NCBI RefSeq assembly: GCF_006345805.1
Contig: NC_042998.1
Coordinates: 194,742,001-194,806,000, forward strand
Origin: Octopus sinensis
Taxonomy: Eukaryota
DNA: 64,000 bases
Direction: 5' to 3'
Positions within the stretch are counted from its first letter, which is position 1, and every line of letters starts with the position of its first letter. The position numbers were made by a program, and so were the translations under genes. The notes under the pieces were generated by a model. The model was not told the origin of the DNA, did not search any database, and saw only the letters and a program-made list of their open reading frames with translations. This document shows positions 11,715 to 23,749 of this stretch, one piece after another.

Positions 11715-12270
11715 CATGTAACTTCTACTAAATATGCTTAGTTCCTTTTTCTTTCCTTTGTCCACTCATATTATAATTTCTCTGTTTATTAACCTTAAAT
11801 ATGTAAACCCTTTCAATATAAAGTTTTCAGATCATTTTACCATCATCTTTCCTGCTTTTTTCAAGTAATTGCCTCATAAACTACAATTTCTTCGTTTTCC
11901 TTTATTCATTCTAATTAATTAACTCCTAAAAATTTTGTTTAATAACTTCTTCCTCCAGTATCTTAAAAATTATTTTGTTTTTATTTTAATCAACGTAAGA
12001 TCTTCTAATTTAATCTTAATTCGTCATTCATCTATTTCATGTGTAACTGATCTTTATCACTATGTAACTTACCCCCAAAATGTTTTAAGAACTTCATGAT
12101 AATCGATTGTTAATTTTTCTGTTTCTCTAATTTATACGGCTACGTCAATAGGAAAAACGAAACCAGGGATTGTCGTCAAAATTCAATTTAATAAAGTTTA
12201 CAAAATAGACTAGTTTTGTGTCAGAAGAGAATTCGAATTTTGGGGGGCAGGCTTTATCAACTGTATAGAG

Positions 12271-12471
12271 CAGTGCTTTTCAAACTTTTTGCTGGAGCAA
12301 ACCTCCAAGGAAACATTCCACTGGCTCGAGGAACCCCTGTGCAATAATTTAATGGTCTTATGCACACATATCTGCACATGAGACTTAAAAATTACAGCCG
12401 GTTTTAGCAGTTTTGTAACTTCTTGCGGAAACCCTGGACTGTACTGGCGGAACACTGGTTGAAAACCACTG
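12271..12471. mobile_element. hAT (Charlie/Buster-like) MITE
   Basis: TIRs CAGTGCTTTTCAA / TTGAAAACCACTG; 8 bp TSD GTATAGAG at 12263-12270 and 12472-12479. Confidence 0.9.
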
Positions 12472-13104
12472 GTATAGAGGCTCTCTCTTGATTAAAAAAA
12501 AAAATTCAGTCCAATCAACTTTAGGCAGACGGAATTCCACTGGGCCGACCATCCAGTAAGGAAATACAGTATAGTGATTAGGGCCGAGTCTAGGAGGAAT
12601 CCAATAATGATAATAAAAAGAGAGAAAACTGGGTTGTAAATGTCTGAGTGGAGGTGGCAGGAAACTATACAGTTCCAAGGAGCAGTGGTCTTTACTCTCT
12701 CTTCCAAACAGTCATTTCCATACATAAATATATTTTCTTTTACAAATAATATATTAACTAAATTTATGTAATCTTACGATATTATTAACTAAATTTACAA
12801 TGCTATCCACTTACTTCCCTTTAATTAGAAATCCGACTTTACTACTTAATCGCGTTAATTATTCAAGGGATAAACAAATAACAGTATTTATGAAATTATA
12901 TAACTCAGTCGGGGAATGTTTTCAAGGCATAAGTTTAGGGAATCAGTGTGAAGTATGAAAGTTGTATGTAGATGACTCTTAGATGCTAATGGTTACGGAA
13001 AAATGAAGAATGGTGTTATCAGTGTTAGAATGGTCATTACTGGATGTGATGGCAAGCAGGTTGTGGATATCAAAAGAAGTCTGTGAGAAACAACAACATG
13101 CCAG

Positions 13105-13393
13105 CCTCGCCTGGCCCCCGGTCCGTTGCCAGCCTCGCCTGACCCCCGTGCCGGTGGCACGTAAAAACACCATCCGTTCGTGGCCGTTTGCCAGCTCTGT
13201 CTGGCACCTGTGCAGGTGGCACGTAAAAAACACCCACTACACTCACGGAGTGGTTGGCGTTAGGAAGGGCATCCAGCCGTAGAAACACTGCCAAATCTGA
13301 CTGGGCCTGGTGCAGCCTCCTGGCTTCCCAGACCCCAGTTAAACCGTCCAACCCATGCTAGCATGGAAAACGGACGCTAAATGATGATGATGA
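13105..13393 (+). mobile_element. RTE 3' UTR truncated copy (repeat units plus tail)
   Basis: GTGCCGGTGGCACGTAAAAA units, GGAAGGGCATCCAGCCGTAGAAAC, tail GGACGCTAAATGATGATGATGA. Confidence 0.85.
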
Positions 13394-14506
13394 ATGTTGA
13401 CAATGCATAGAGTGCACCGCCCTAAGGTAGATACAGAACAACTTTATCTGCCAAGAAAAGAGGGAGGCCATGGACTTTTACAACTGGCAATAACAATGAA
13501 GATTGCTACAATTGGCTTAGACACCTACCTGAAAAACTCTGAGGACTGGATGTTAAAACTTGTCTCAAAACATGAAAACAAGAAAGCATCATACTCAGTA
13601 ACAAAACAGGCAAAGGAATATCTAAGTGAATTCCGAATACAACAAGTTTCGGAATTAGATGTACTAGAAACAAGCGCAGAAAAAGCTAAGCGCATGAAAA
13701 CCCGAGCTAAAACTGCTGCCTTAGATATTCTGACTGATAAATGGCAAGAAAAACCTCTCAATGACAAATACCCAAAGAGAGTGAATAATGCCGATGTTGA
13801 CAAAGCCCTGACCCATCAATGGCTAATGGCATCTGGCTTAAAATCAGAAACAGAAGGGTTTATCACAGTAGCCCAAGATCAATACCTACCTACAAAGAAC
13901 TACCTGGCCAACATATTAAAGAACAGCAGCTCCCCAATATGTCGTGTATGTCAACAACAAAATGAAGCCATTGATCATGTTGTCTCCATGTGCAGTCTTC
14001 TTGTGCCTACAGTGTATCTGAACAGGTATGATAGAGCTGCGCAATATATTCACTGGATAATTTGCAAAAACCTGGACTTGCCCCATGATGAAAACTGGTG
14101 GGAACACAAACCACCTCCGGTGCTTGAAAATAATCACATCTCTCTCCTCTGGAACTTCACCATTCAAACTGACAGAAAGATAGATGCAAATAGGCCAGAC
14201 ATCATATTGAAAGGCTTCAGACAGAAATCATGCCTCCTCATTGATATGACTGTCCCAATCGATATAAATATATCTGTCAAGACCTACCAAAAACTGAGCA
14301 GATATAAAGATCTTGAAATAGAAATCAGCAAAATGTGGAACCTGAAGACTAAAACAATACCTGTTGTCATAGGTGCCCTGGGAATGATAGCAAAAGGGGC
14401 TGATTGCTACCGAACTCAGATACCAGGAAACTCCAAAATGGCAGAAATTCAAAAGATAGTGCTCATGAGAACTGCTCATATCCTATGCAAAATACTTTCT
14501 TTGTAA
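13394..14506 (+). pseudogene. Open ORF remnant: RT C-terminal region, CCHC finger and RLE domain; RT core absent
   Basis: Uninterrupted 370 codons, but no YADD-type RT motif; RHD-type motif reads RYD. Confidence 0.8.
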
Positions 14507-14699
14507 TCTCAAATTTTAAAACAAGCACATAATTTTCTTATGGTTTCTTAAACATTCTCTAGAACAACACTATGTACAAAACCAAATATATGGCACCTTA
14601 GGCATTACACCAACATGAACTTCTAACTTGCTGTCTCTTGAGGTCTCTGGGTGAGACTTGGAGCCAATTTGTACAAATGTAAAGCAAAAGTCAAACATA

Positions 14700-14744
<45 letters not shown>
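13394..14744 (+). mobile_element. 5'-truncated R4/Dong-like non-LTR retrotransposon with restriction-like endonuclease
   Basis: 370 aa ORF: LYLPRKEGG (post-RT), LKSETEGFI.VAQDQ, CCHC finger CRVC...IDHVVSMC, RPDII...LIDMTVP...KLSRY endonuclease; then ~190 bp 3' UTR and a (TAA)n tract. Confidence 0.85.
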
Positions 14745-14746
<2 letters not shown>

Positions 14747-15523
14747 TGCAGGAGAGATGACTGCGCTAGTATGGTCATGTGGCAAGAATGGATGTGGATA
14801 GCTGTGTGAAAAAGTTCCACACCCTAGCAGTTGAGGGAACCTGTGGAAGAGGTAGACCCAGGAAAACATTGGGCCTCACCGAGGTAATGACTGGTGACTG
14901 GGACCTCTGGAAATATGCTGTGCTGCAGAAGACTCGGCAAGCGCAAGTGTGACCATAACCTTGTGGCCTATGCTAGGGGTGTAACTAGTCCACTTATGCG
15001 TGCCTTTTCTTCATTGGACACTAAACTCTGCTTGCGAAGACCAGTTGAGGTAAGTGAAATCGAAGTCGAAATCAAACTCAGTGACTGGCACCTGTTGCTA
15101 GTGGAGCCCTAAGAGTACCATATGAGTGAGATCGTTGCCAGAGCAACAAGCTGGCCTTTGTGCTGGTGGCACGTTAAATACACCATTCGAGCGTGATCGT
15201 TACCACGTTGCCTTACTAGCACTTGTGCTGGTGGCACGTGAAACATTCGTGCGAGGTTGTCGCCAGTGCCACTGGACTGGCTCCTGTGCAGGTGACACAT
15301 AAAAAGCACCATTTGAGCGTGGCCATTGCCAGTACCACCAAACTAGCCCTTGTGCTGGTGGAACGTAAAAGCACCCACTACACTCTCAGAGTGGTTGGCG
15401 TTAGGAAGGGCATCTAGCTGTAGAAACTCTGCCAGATCAGATTGGAGACTGGTTCACCAGACCTCAGTCAAATCATCCAACCCATGCTAGCATGGAAAGT
15501 GGATGTTAAATGAAGATGATGAT
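14745..15523 (+). mobile_element. RTE 3' end (ORF C-terminus plus full 3' UTR with 4-5 repeat units)
   Basis: Starts VQER.LR..GHV...GTCGRGRPRK, then UTR and ATGAAGATGATGATG tail. Confidence 0.85.
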
Positions 15524-15865
15524 GCTTTAGGCACATGACCAGCAATTTTTAGTTGCAGGGTTTAGTAAATAACATTGATGCCAGTATTTAATTGGCACTT
15601 TATTGTCAAAAGGATTTTTCATTAGGTATGCCATTGAGGAAGTTCCATAGGCCATAGATTGCCCATGACTGGTTTATACCATTAAAAATACTTGACTGAA
15701 AGCTTATTTTATCAGCCTAAAAAGACTGAGAGGCAAAGTTCAAAGTTGACCTCTGCAAGATCAGAACTCAGAATGTAAAGAACCGAAACAAATTCCACAA
15801 GGTATTTTCCCAACACTATTGGTTCTGCCAGTCCTCCACCCTAATAGTAAAAATGATAATAATTA

Positions 15866-16110
15866 TAGCAGCACCAACCGATCGTGGTCGTTACCAGCCT
15901 CGCCTGGCCCCTGTGCCGGTGGCATGTAAAAAGCACCCTTTACACTCACGGAGTGGTTGGCGTTAGGAAGGGCATCCCGCTGTAGAAAATATGCCAGATC
16001 AGATTGGAGCCTGGTGCAGCCTCCTGGCTTCCCAGGCCCCAGTTGAACCGTCCAACCCATGCTAGCATGGAAAACGGACGTTAAACGATGATGATGATGA
16101 TAACAATGAT
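15866..16110 (+). mobile_element. RTE 3' UTR truncated copy
   Basis: One GTGCCGGTGGC unit, GGAAGGGCATCC core, tail GGACGTTAAACGATGATG. Confidence 0.85.
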
Positions 16111-16455
16111 GATTTTGATGATGATGAGAAGGAAGAGGAGGAGGAGGAGCAGCAGTAGGAAGCCTTTTTCAAAAACACATTTGCTCCCCCTTGCTGCTTC
16201 CATTTAATAGTACTTTTGGTTAAACTGTTCTCTTGGCTCAGTTCCTACCGAATAGGTATTTTCTTACAATGTCAGAAAGATATTACATTACATACATATA
16301 TTTTTAAATTACTGAATTCCCACTACAAAAAAAAAAAAAATGTATACTCCAATTGTATGTATACAATTGACTATGAAAAAAGAGGAAAACAACATACTAA
16401 AAGAGAAAAAAATCAAACTATCTATATAGATATTGAGACATTAAGTTAAATAATA

Positions 16456-16577
16456 TGTTACTTTATTAGTCACACAGGGCTGCTCACAGACAGGACAGAT
16501 TACAAAGTAGAGCTTTTCTTTATGGGGAGGAAATAAATAAAAAGTGGGGTAGGTTTTCGATCAAAAGGGATTGTATT
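16456..16577 (-). mobile_element. Short 5'-truncated L1/Tx1-type 3' end
   Basis: 16 bp TSD ATTAAGTTAAATAATA at 16440-16455 and 16578-16593; minus strand ends TGTCCTGTCTGTGAGCAGCCCTGTGTGACTAATAAAG. Clade assignment is inferred. Confidence 0.6.
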
Positions 16578-16819
16578 ATTAAGTTAAATAATAGAAAGAT
16601 GGTTTTGTTAAAGCTTAAATTGTTTTCTTGACCATTTCCAATTTACAAGAAATAGTGAACCAGTGAAGGATTCACTACAATCCATGCAACTGCTCTACCT
16701 GCTTAAAATAGCAGCCAACTTTCCTTCAAATCATACCCAACAATCTTTAAAAATATAAAGGACATATTAGATAACATAGTCCAAGAAACACTATGCCTGA
16801 TAATAAAATAGAATTGTTA

Positions 16820-17010
16820 GCACTGTGGGCAAACCGCTTAGCAGAATTTCATCTGTCTTTATGTTCTGAGTTCAAATTCTGCTGGGGTTGACTTTGCCTT
16901 TCATCCTTTCGGGGTTGATGAAATAAGTACCAGTTACGCATTGGGGTCGATATAATCGATTTACCCCTCCTCCAAATTGCTGGCCTTGTGCCAAAATTTG
17001 AAACTAATAA
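16820..17010 (+). mobile_element. SINE with family A head and core but a different tail (GGCCTTGTGCCAAAATTTGAAAC)
   Basis: Core GACTTTGCCTTTCATCCTTTCGGGG...AAGTACCAG, then CCCCTCCTCCAAATTGCTGGCCTTGTGCC. Confidence 0.75.
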
Positions 17011-17084
17011 AATGGGATGGTCATTGCTGGAATGCCTTTTATCATAGATCTGTTTGGTCAGGGCTGCTCTGGGACTAAACAACA

Positions 17085-17472
17085 AAAAGGAACTTGAGGA
17101 GACCTATTGAGTCAAGAACATCAACATCAAAAATCAATGGAAATTGTAGTTGGGATCCCTGTGCCGGTGGCACATAAAAAGCACCATCCGAACGTGGCCG
17201 ATGCCAGCGCCACCTTGACTGGCTTCCGTACCGGAGGCATGTAAAAAGCACCAACCAATCGTGGCCGTTGCCAGCCTCCCCTGGTACCTGTGCCGGTGGC
17301 ACGTAAAAAGCACCCACTACACTCACGGAGTGGTTGGCGTTAGGAAGGGTATCCAGCTGTAGAAACACTGCCAGATCAGACTGGAGCCTGGTGCAGCCTT
17401 CTGACTTCCCAGACCCTGGTTGAACCGTCCAACCCATGCTAGCATGGAAAACGGACGTTAAACGACGACGAC
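17085..17472 (+). mobile_element. RTE 3' UTR copy with three repeat units
   Basis: Units start at 17161, 17228 and 17290; tail GGACGTTAAACGACGACG followed by (TTA)n. Confidence 0.85.
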
Positions 17473-17498
17473 TATTATTATTATTATTATTATTATTA

Positions 17499-17531
<33 letters not shown>

Positions 17532-18048
17532 GAAAATGAATCATAAATTCCCTCAGTACAATAAACGAACAAGTGTATTGAGGCATTAAAACAGACAACT
17601 TAACTTTATTTTAGACCTCACATTCTTCCAAAACTTTCCTAATATATAAGAAATAGATAAAAGATAAAATATTTCTATATATTTCCCATGCTTCCCATCA
17701 TTTTATAGATTAACTCATTTGTTACTCCCTATTAGGTTAAAACAGAGTCTTGCTGTTATCCACTTGTAAGAAAATGCTGCTTTGAGGTAGTACCTAAGTT
17801 TCTTCTCCTTTGTTACCTATTTATTTCTAGTCCATATTTTGTGTTGCTTATGGCTAGAATTACATACTAAAAACCTGAGATAGAAAGAATTTGAAGACTA
17901 CTCAGTGAGCCTGCCAGTTTGTTCATTCAGCTCCACAGGTTGGGCATTCTGCCAAGTAATTCTTTAACTTGTATCTAGGAGTCTGAATTTTTTAAGTGCA
18001 TCCCTGTGTGTGTGTGTGTCTAGATACATACACACATATGTATATTTA

Positions 18049-18089
<41 letters not shown>

Positions 18090-19114
18090 GTGAAAGAATG
18101 AGAGACAGATGCAAAGTAAAAAATGATTAACATATGTATATCATCATCATCATCATCATTATTATCATCATTTAATATCCGTTGGCTACACTGGTATTGG
18201 TATATCATCATCATCATCATCATTATAATCTCACATTTACTCTCCCATGCTGATGTAGGATATAGTTATATGATTACATATATGAATATAAATTCATATA
18301 GACGTATATAAATGTATGTATATATGTATGTACATATACATACATATGTGTCCACACACACACACACGCACACTTCTTCATATATAGATTCATATAAACA
18401 TACATACTTGTTTCCAAACACACACACACTAGTAGAACTTGACATGCATTTATTAATATACATTTATAATTATGTATTAAACAGCTGAATGTCATTAACC
18501 ATAGTAAATGCTATCATAATTGAAACACACCTTCATCATAATGTTCTCTTGTCTATTCTCTGGTCTCCACATCTTGCTATATTTTTACAGAATTTTTCCT
18601 CAGAAAGAAATTTTATTACTTTATTCTGCCCTTGTTTATAATACTTACCCAGCAATCTTTATGAAAGTTTCTTATAGAATATTCTTTCATTTTCACCCTA
18701 TTCGTCTCTCTCTCTCTCTCTCACTTTGATCCAACCCTTCACCACACAACTATTAAAATATTTAGCCTACATTATCAGTAAGAAGATGAATATTGGTAGC
18801 ATCATTACGTCACAGACTCGTTTCTTAGGTTGCTTACCATTCTGTCAATATATAACACCCACCAATCTGTTGCAGTACGGTGCCAAGAATAACATAGTAG
18901 AAACACCAAAATATTTTATGTACCAGGACGATGGTGGTAGGGTGAGTGTGGTGGGATGGCGGTGGGATGGTGGTGATGATGAAGTAGGGTGAAGATCTGG
19001 TTTAACATCTTTAAATTTGTGTTGTTTCTAAGGATTTTGTTTTCTCAGAGGGCAATGTACATAAAATAACTCTTATTTTGATCATTAAAAATCATTCTTC
19101 TATAATCACCATAG

Positions 19115-19147
19115 CCATTGTCGTCGTCGTCGTCATCATCATCATCG

Positions 19148-19192
<45 letters not shown>

Positions 19193-19350
19193 CCTCCTTA
19201 TCATATTCCTACTCTTCATCAATATCATCACATCAATAGTAGCTTTGGAAGCATTATTGTTATCTCCTTCCTCCTCCTCCTCCTCCTCCATCATCATCAT
19301 CATCATCATCACATCATCATCACCATCACCATCACCATCATCACCATCAC

Positions 19351-19386
<36 letters not shown>

Positions 19387-19400
19387 TATTATCATCATCA
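19115..19400. repeat. (CAT)n/(CAC)n trinucleotide microsatellite
   Basis: Direct inspection. Confidence 0.95.
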
Positions 19401-19962
19401 TTGGCTTAACATTCGCCATATCTCTGCAAGAGTACTGGAGGTCTAACATCAAAACAACCATCCTCCCATCACCAGAAAGACAGAGAGTAACCTGCAAAAC
19501 TGTGCCTGTAATGTTGAACTTGCTGTTTAACCCAAGGTCAGCTCTCGGCAGAACTACAATCAAAGATATTCCAGTTCTGACCAACACATCATTTTACATA
19601 TTGTAGACTACACTGTCCTATGTATTCTTCCCTTTTTCTAATAAGATATGGCTGCTATTTCTAGCAGATCAAGCAGCCTATGTTTTTCCTAAAACTCTCT
19701 AGAGAGTGCTTGCCTCTCACCTTCCTAGCTGCAGAAATATTTCTTCATCATCATTACCATCAAGTGCTCTATATGATGGCTCATCCTCATCTGAGTTATT
19801 CAGAGTTGTTTTGCTCTACAAATGTTACATACTTTATTCTTCGTACTTTCCTCTACAAACATTATTCTACACAACACTCTACAAACGTTATTCTACATAA
19901 TCTACACTACAAATATTACACACTTTACTCTACATACCTTATTCTATATATCCTACTTTTTG

Positions 19963-20359
19963 CTCTTTTACTTGTTTCAGTCATTTGACTGTGACCATGC
20001 TGGAGCACCGCCTTTAGTCGAACAAATCGACACCAGGACTTATTCTTCGGAAGCCTGGTACTTATTCTATCGGACTCTTTTGCCAAACCGCTTAGTGACG
20101 GGGACATAAACACACCAGCATCGGTTGTCAAGCAATGCTAGGGGGACAATCACACACAAACATACACACACACACACATATACATATACTTATATAGGAT
20201 GGGCTTCTTTCAGTTTCCGTCTACCAAATCCACTCACAAGGCTTTGATCGGCTCAAGGTCATAGTAGAAGACACTTGTCCAAGATGCCATGCAGTGGGAC
20301 TGAACCCAGAACCATGTGGTTGGTAAGCAAGCTACTTACCATGCAGCCACTCCTGTGCC
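19963..20359 (-). mobile_element. Family B SINE
   Basis: Reverse complement of the 6413-6815 type, with central (CA)n(TA)n. Confidence 0.85.
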
Positions 20360-20609
20360 TACTCTTAAACATTACTCTATACATATCCTACTCTTAAACA
20401 TTACTGTATAAGAGTTTGTATAATCTACAAACCCTTACACTACAAATATCACTCAGCATATCTTATTCTACATACTTAGCTCTACAAAATTTACTCAATT
20501 AACTTCACATACCCTACAAGCATTATATAGCTTGCTCAGCATTTTTTACTCTGCAAACATTACTCGACACACCTTACGCTCCATACTTTAAAATATCAGT
20601 CTACATATA

Positions 20610-22107
20610 GGTGTAGGAGTGGCTGTGTGGTAAGTAGCTTGCTTACGAACCACATGGTTCCGGGTTCAGTCCCACTGTGTGGCACCTTGGGCAAGTGTCT
20701 TCTACTATAGCCTCGGGCCAACCAAAGCCTTGTGAGTGGATGTGGTAGACGGAAACTGAAAGAAGCCAATTGTATATATGTATATATGTATATATATATA
20801 TATATAATGTATATCATCATCATCATCATCATCGTTTAGCGTCCGTTTTCCATGGTAGCATGGGTTGGACGGTTCTACTGGGGTCTGTGAAGCCAGAAGG
20901 CTTCATCAGGCCCAGTCAAATCTGGCAGTGTTTCTACGGCTGGATGCCCTTCCTAACGCCAACCACTCCGTGAGTGTAGTGGGTGCTTTTTACGTGCCAC
21001 CCGCACTGGTGCCAGACAGAGCTGGCAAACGGCCATGAACGGATGGTGTTTTTACGTGCCACCGGCACGAGGGCCAGGCGAGGCTGGCAACGGACACGAA
21101 AGGGGCGGTGCTGGCAACGGTCGCGAAACGGAAAGTTCTCTTACATGCCACCGGCACTGGTAACACATCTGCAATTTCCATTGATCGATTTCCATTGATC
21201 GATTTCGATTCTGATCGTCACTTGCCTCAACGGGTCTTCACAAGCAGAGTTTTGACATGCCACCGGCACTGGTAGCACATCCGCAATTTCCATTGATCGA
21301 TTTCGATTCTGATCCTCACTTGCCTCATCACGTCTTCACAAGTAGATTTTGTGTCCCAAGAAGGGAAGGTATGCATACGTAGGCTGGCTCCATCCCATGT
21401 AGAAGGCCACGGGTTATGGACTCACTTGTCCTGCCGGGTCTTCTCGCGCACAGCACACTTCCAGAGGTCTTGGTCTCTAGTCATTTCCTCAGTGAGACCT
21501 AAAGTTCGAAGGTCGTGCTTCACCACCTCGTCCCAGGTTTTCCTGGGTCTGCCTCTTCCACAGGTTCCCTCAACCGCTAGGGTGTGGCACTTTTTCACAC
21601 AACTATCTTCATCCATTCTCGCCACATGACCATACCAGCGCAAACGTCTCTCTTGCACACCACAACTGATGCTTCTTAGGTCCAGCTTTTCTCTCAAGGT
21701 ACTTACACTCTGCCGAGTGTGAGTACCGGCATTACACATCCATCGGTTAGCGGTTCGTCAAAAGAGACCGATAGAATAAGTACTAGGCTTACAAAGAATA
21801 AGTCCTGGGGTCGATTTGCTCGACTAATAAGGTGGTGCTCCAGCATGGCCACATTCAAATGACTGAAACAATAAATATGTTATATATATTATATATATTA
21901 ATATATAATATATTATATATATATATATATATATTAGATATATATATATATATATAATACATATATATATATATATTATCTATATATATGTATATATATA
22001 TCATCATCACATCATATCATCATCGCTAAACGACGATGATGATGATGATGATGATGATATATATATATACATATATATAGATACATATATATATATATAT
22101 GTATATA

Positions 22108-22156
<49 letters not shown>

Positions 22157-22345
22157 CCCCAACATCGCTTGACAACTGATGCTGGTGTGTTTACGTCCCT
22201 GTAATTTAAGCGGTTCGTCAAAAGAGACCGATAGAATAAGTACTAGGCTTACAAAGAATAAGTCCTGGGGTCGATTTGCTCGACTAATAAGGTGGTGCTC
22301 CAGCATGGCCACAGTCAAATGACTGAAACAAGTAAAAGAGTAAAA
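20610..22345 (+). mobile_element. Family B SINE split by an RTE insertion and a local duplication
   Basis: Head at 20610-20810; 3' half present twice (21749-21870 and about 22152-22345). Confidence 0.75.
20812..21745 (-). mobile_element. Young RTE 3' end (ORF C-terminus plus complete 3' UTR)
   Basis: ORF 21422-21739 LREKLDLRSISCGVQERRLRWYGHVARMDEDSCVKKCHTLAVEGTCGRGRPRKTWDEVVKHDLRTLGL...REKTRQDK*; CpGs retained; (CAT)n tail on the plus strand at 20812. Confidence 0.9.
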
Positions 22346-23212
22346 GAGTAAAGAGTATACCTTATTCTAGCTTTGCTTGAATATTCAACGTCAATGATAT
22401 GTTCTTCATTAGTGTAGTTTTGCCCATTTTGAGAAGAAGAGCTATTTACAGTGGTGACATCTTGTTATAGCAGTTGTTCACAAAAAAATGACATCCTGTA
22501 AGAGTGATATTATTCTAAGATTTGTTATAACATAATGAATAAGACGAGCCATCTCCCTTGCTAGGAGGTTAACTGAACATTGACTCTCTGATAAACAGCT
22601 GTGTAGTTGCCTTTCATGTTGGCATGAAGCAGTATATTGTGTCTCAGAAAAGAAACAGATGATCACATCTGAAATAATTTCAGACAACTGTTGTGTCTTT
22701 TGGGAGATAACTAACAGTAGATGAATTCAAGAAAGTATTTAAGGAACTGTTGTGTATTTAGGAGACAGAAAATCACTACCATGGAAAAGGACACAGGCAA
22801 TGTCCTTCATCATAGAAATGACACTGAAATTATCTGTATTCTATGCAAAAGATACAGTAGACTGTTTGTGTGTGTGTGATGTGTGTTAGAAAGAATTAGT
22901 CACTCAACTCAGTTGTAGTCTGTTATATTTCTTATCGTGATAAAGATTAAAAATAGGCTCTTGATTTAATTCTTTGTTGCTATATGCTGTCTTATTTTTA
23001 ACAAGTTAACCTGAAGTGAAAAGGTATTGAGTGACTGAAAAATAGAAGTTGAAAGGTAATGTATGTCATACCATCAATTTTTATTATGAAAAGGTTATCT
23101 ATACTATACCATCAATTCTTATTGTGGCTTCTCACTGAATTGTTACTCTATGTTTAGTTCTTATAGTTTTGATTGTAATAAGGCAGAGTTAGCTATTTAT
23201 GGCTATATTAGC

Positions 23213-23472
23213 ACCTGTGCCGGTGGCATGTGTAAAAAGATTTGAGCGAGGTTGTTGTCAGTACCGCCTGACTAGCCCCTGTGCCGGTGGCATGTAAAAG
23301 CACCCACTACACTCTCAGAGTGGTTGGCGTTAGGAAGGGCATCCAGCTGTAGAAACTCTGCCAGATCAAGATTGAAGCCTGGTGCAGCCATCTAGTTCGC
23401 TAGCCCTCAGTCAAAATCGTCCAAATCATGCTAGCATGGGAAGCGGATGTTAAACGATGATGATGATGATGA
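23213..23472 (+). mobile_element. RTE 3' UTR truncated copy
   Basis: Two GTGCCGGTGGC units, core and (TGA)n tail. Confidence 0.85.
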
Positions 23473-23498
23473 TTAAATTGTAGAAAGGATGGTGAATT

Positions 23499-23749
23499 TA
23501 ATAATAATAATGAAATTATTGTATACAGTGCTCAGGTGCACCACAACTTGTCAAAAGTGCGTATAAAGTATATGCAGTAATGTACAAATGTCTGGAAACC
23601 GAACAATGTATGAGTCAGATACATGGTTGCGTGTGTATGGAGGGGAGAAAATCAGGTGTAGTGTTGGCGAATCTCAGGAAGCATGGAAGCTTTGAAGGAT
23701 GCAGTGCTCCGACAGCTAACAACTGATGTCGGCAGTCTGTTCCATACTT
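23499..23749 (-). mobile_element. CR1-group LINE 3' end
   Basis: Reverse complement closely matches 3080-3327, including GTGCACCTGAGCACTGTATACAATAATTTCATTATT. Confidence 0.85.

Noticed and set aside
12385-12725. Minus-strand ORFs that look like membrane protein (PVFSLFIIIIGFLLDSALITILYFLTGWS)
   Set aside because: Two overlapping frames are open, one runs into a hAT MITE, and there are no convincing splice sites or family match.
15150-15375. CRISPR-like repeat-spacer appearance of the GTGCCGGTGGCACGTAAAAAGCACC arrays
   Set aside because: The spacers are homologous to each other and recur in the same order in dispersed copies, the arrays lie in an RTE 3' UTR, and there are no cas genes in this eukaryotic context.
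20890-20925. Possible hammerhead ribozyme (minus strand CTGATGAAGCCTTCTGGCTTCAC)
   Set aside because: CTGATGA and a stem are present, but the required GAAA is not, and other copies read CTGGTGCAGCC.
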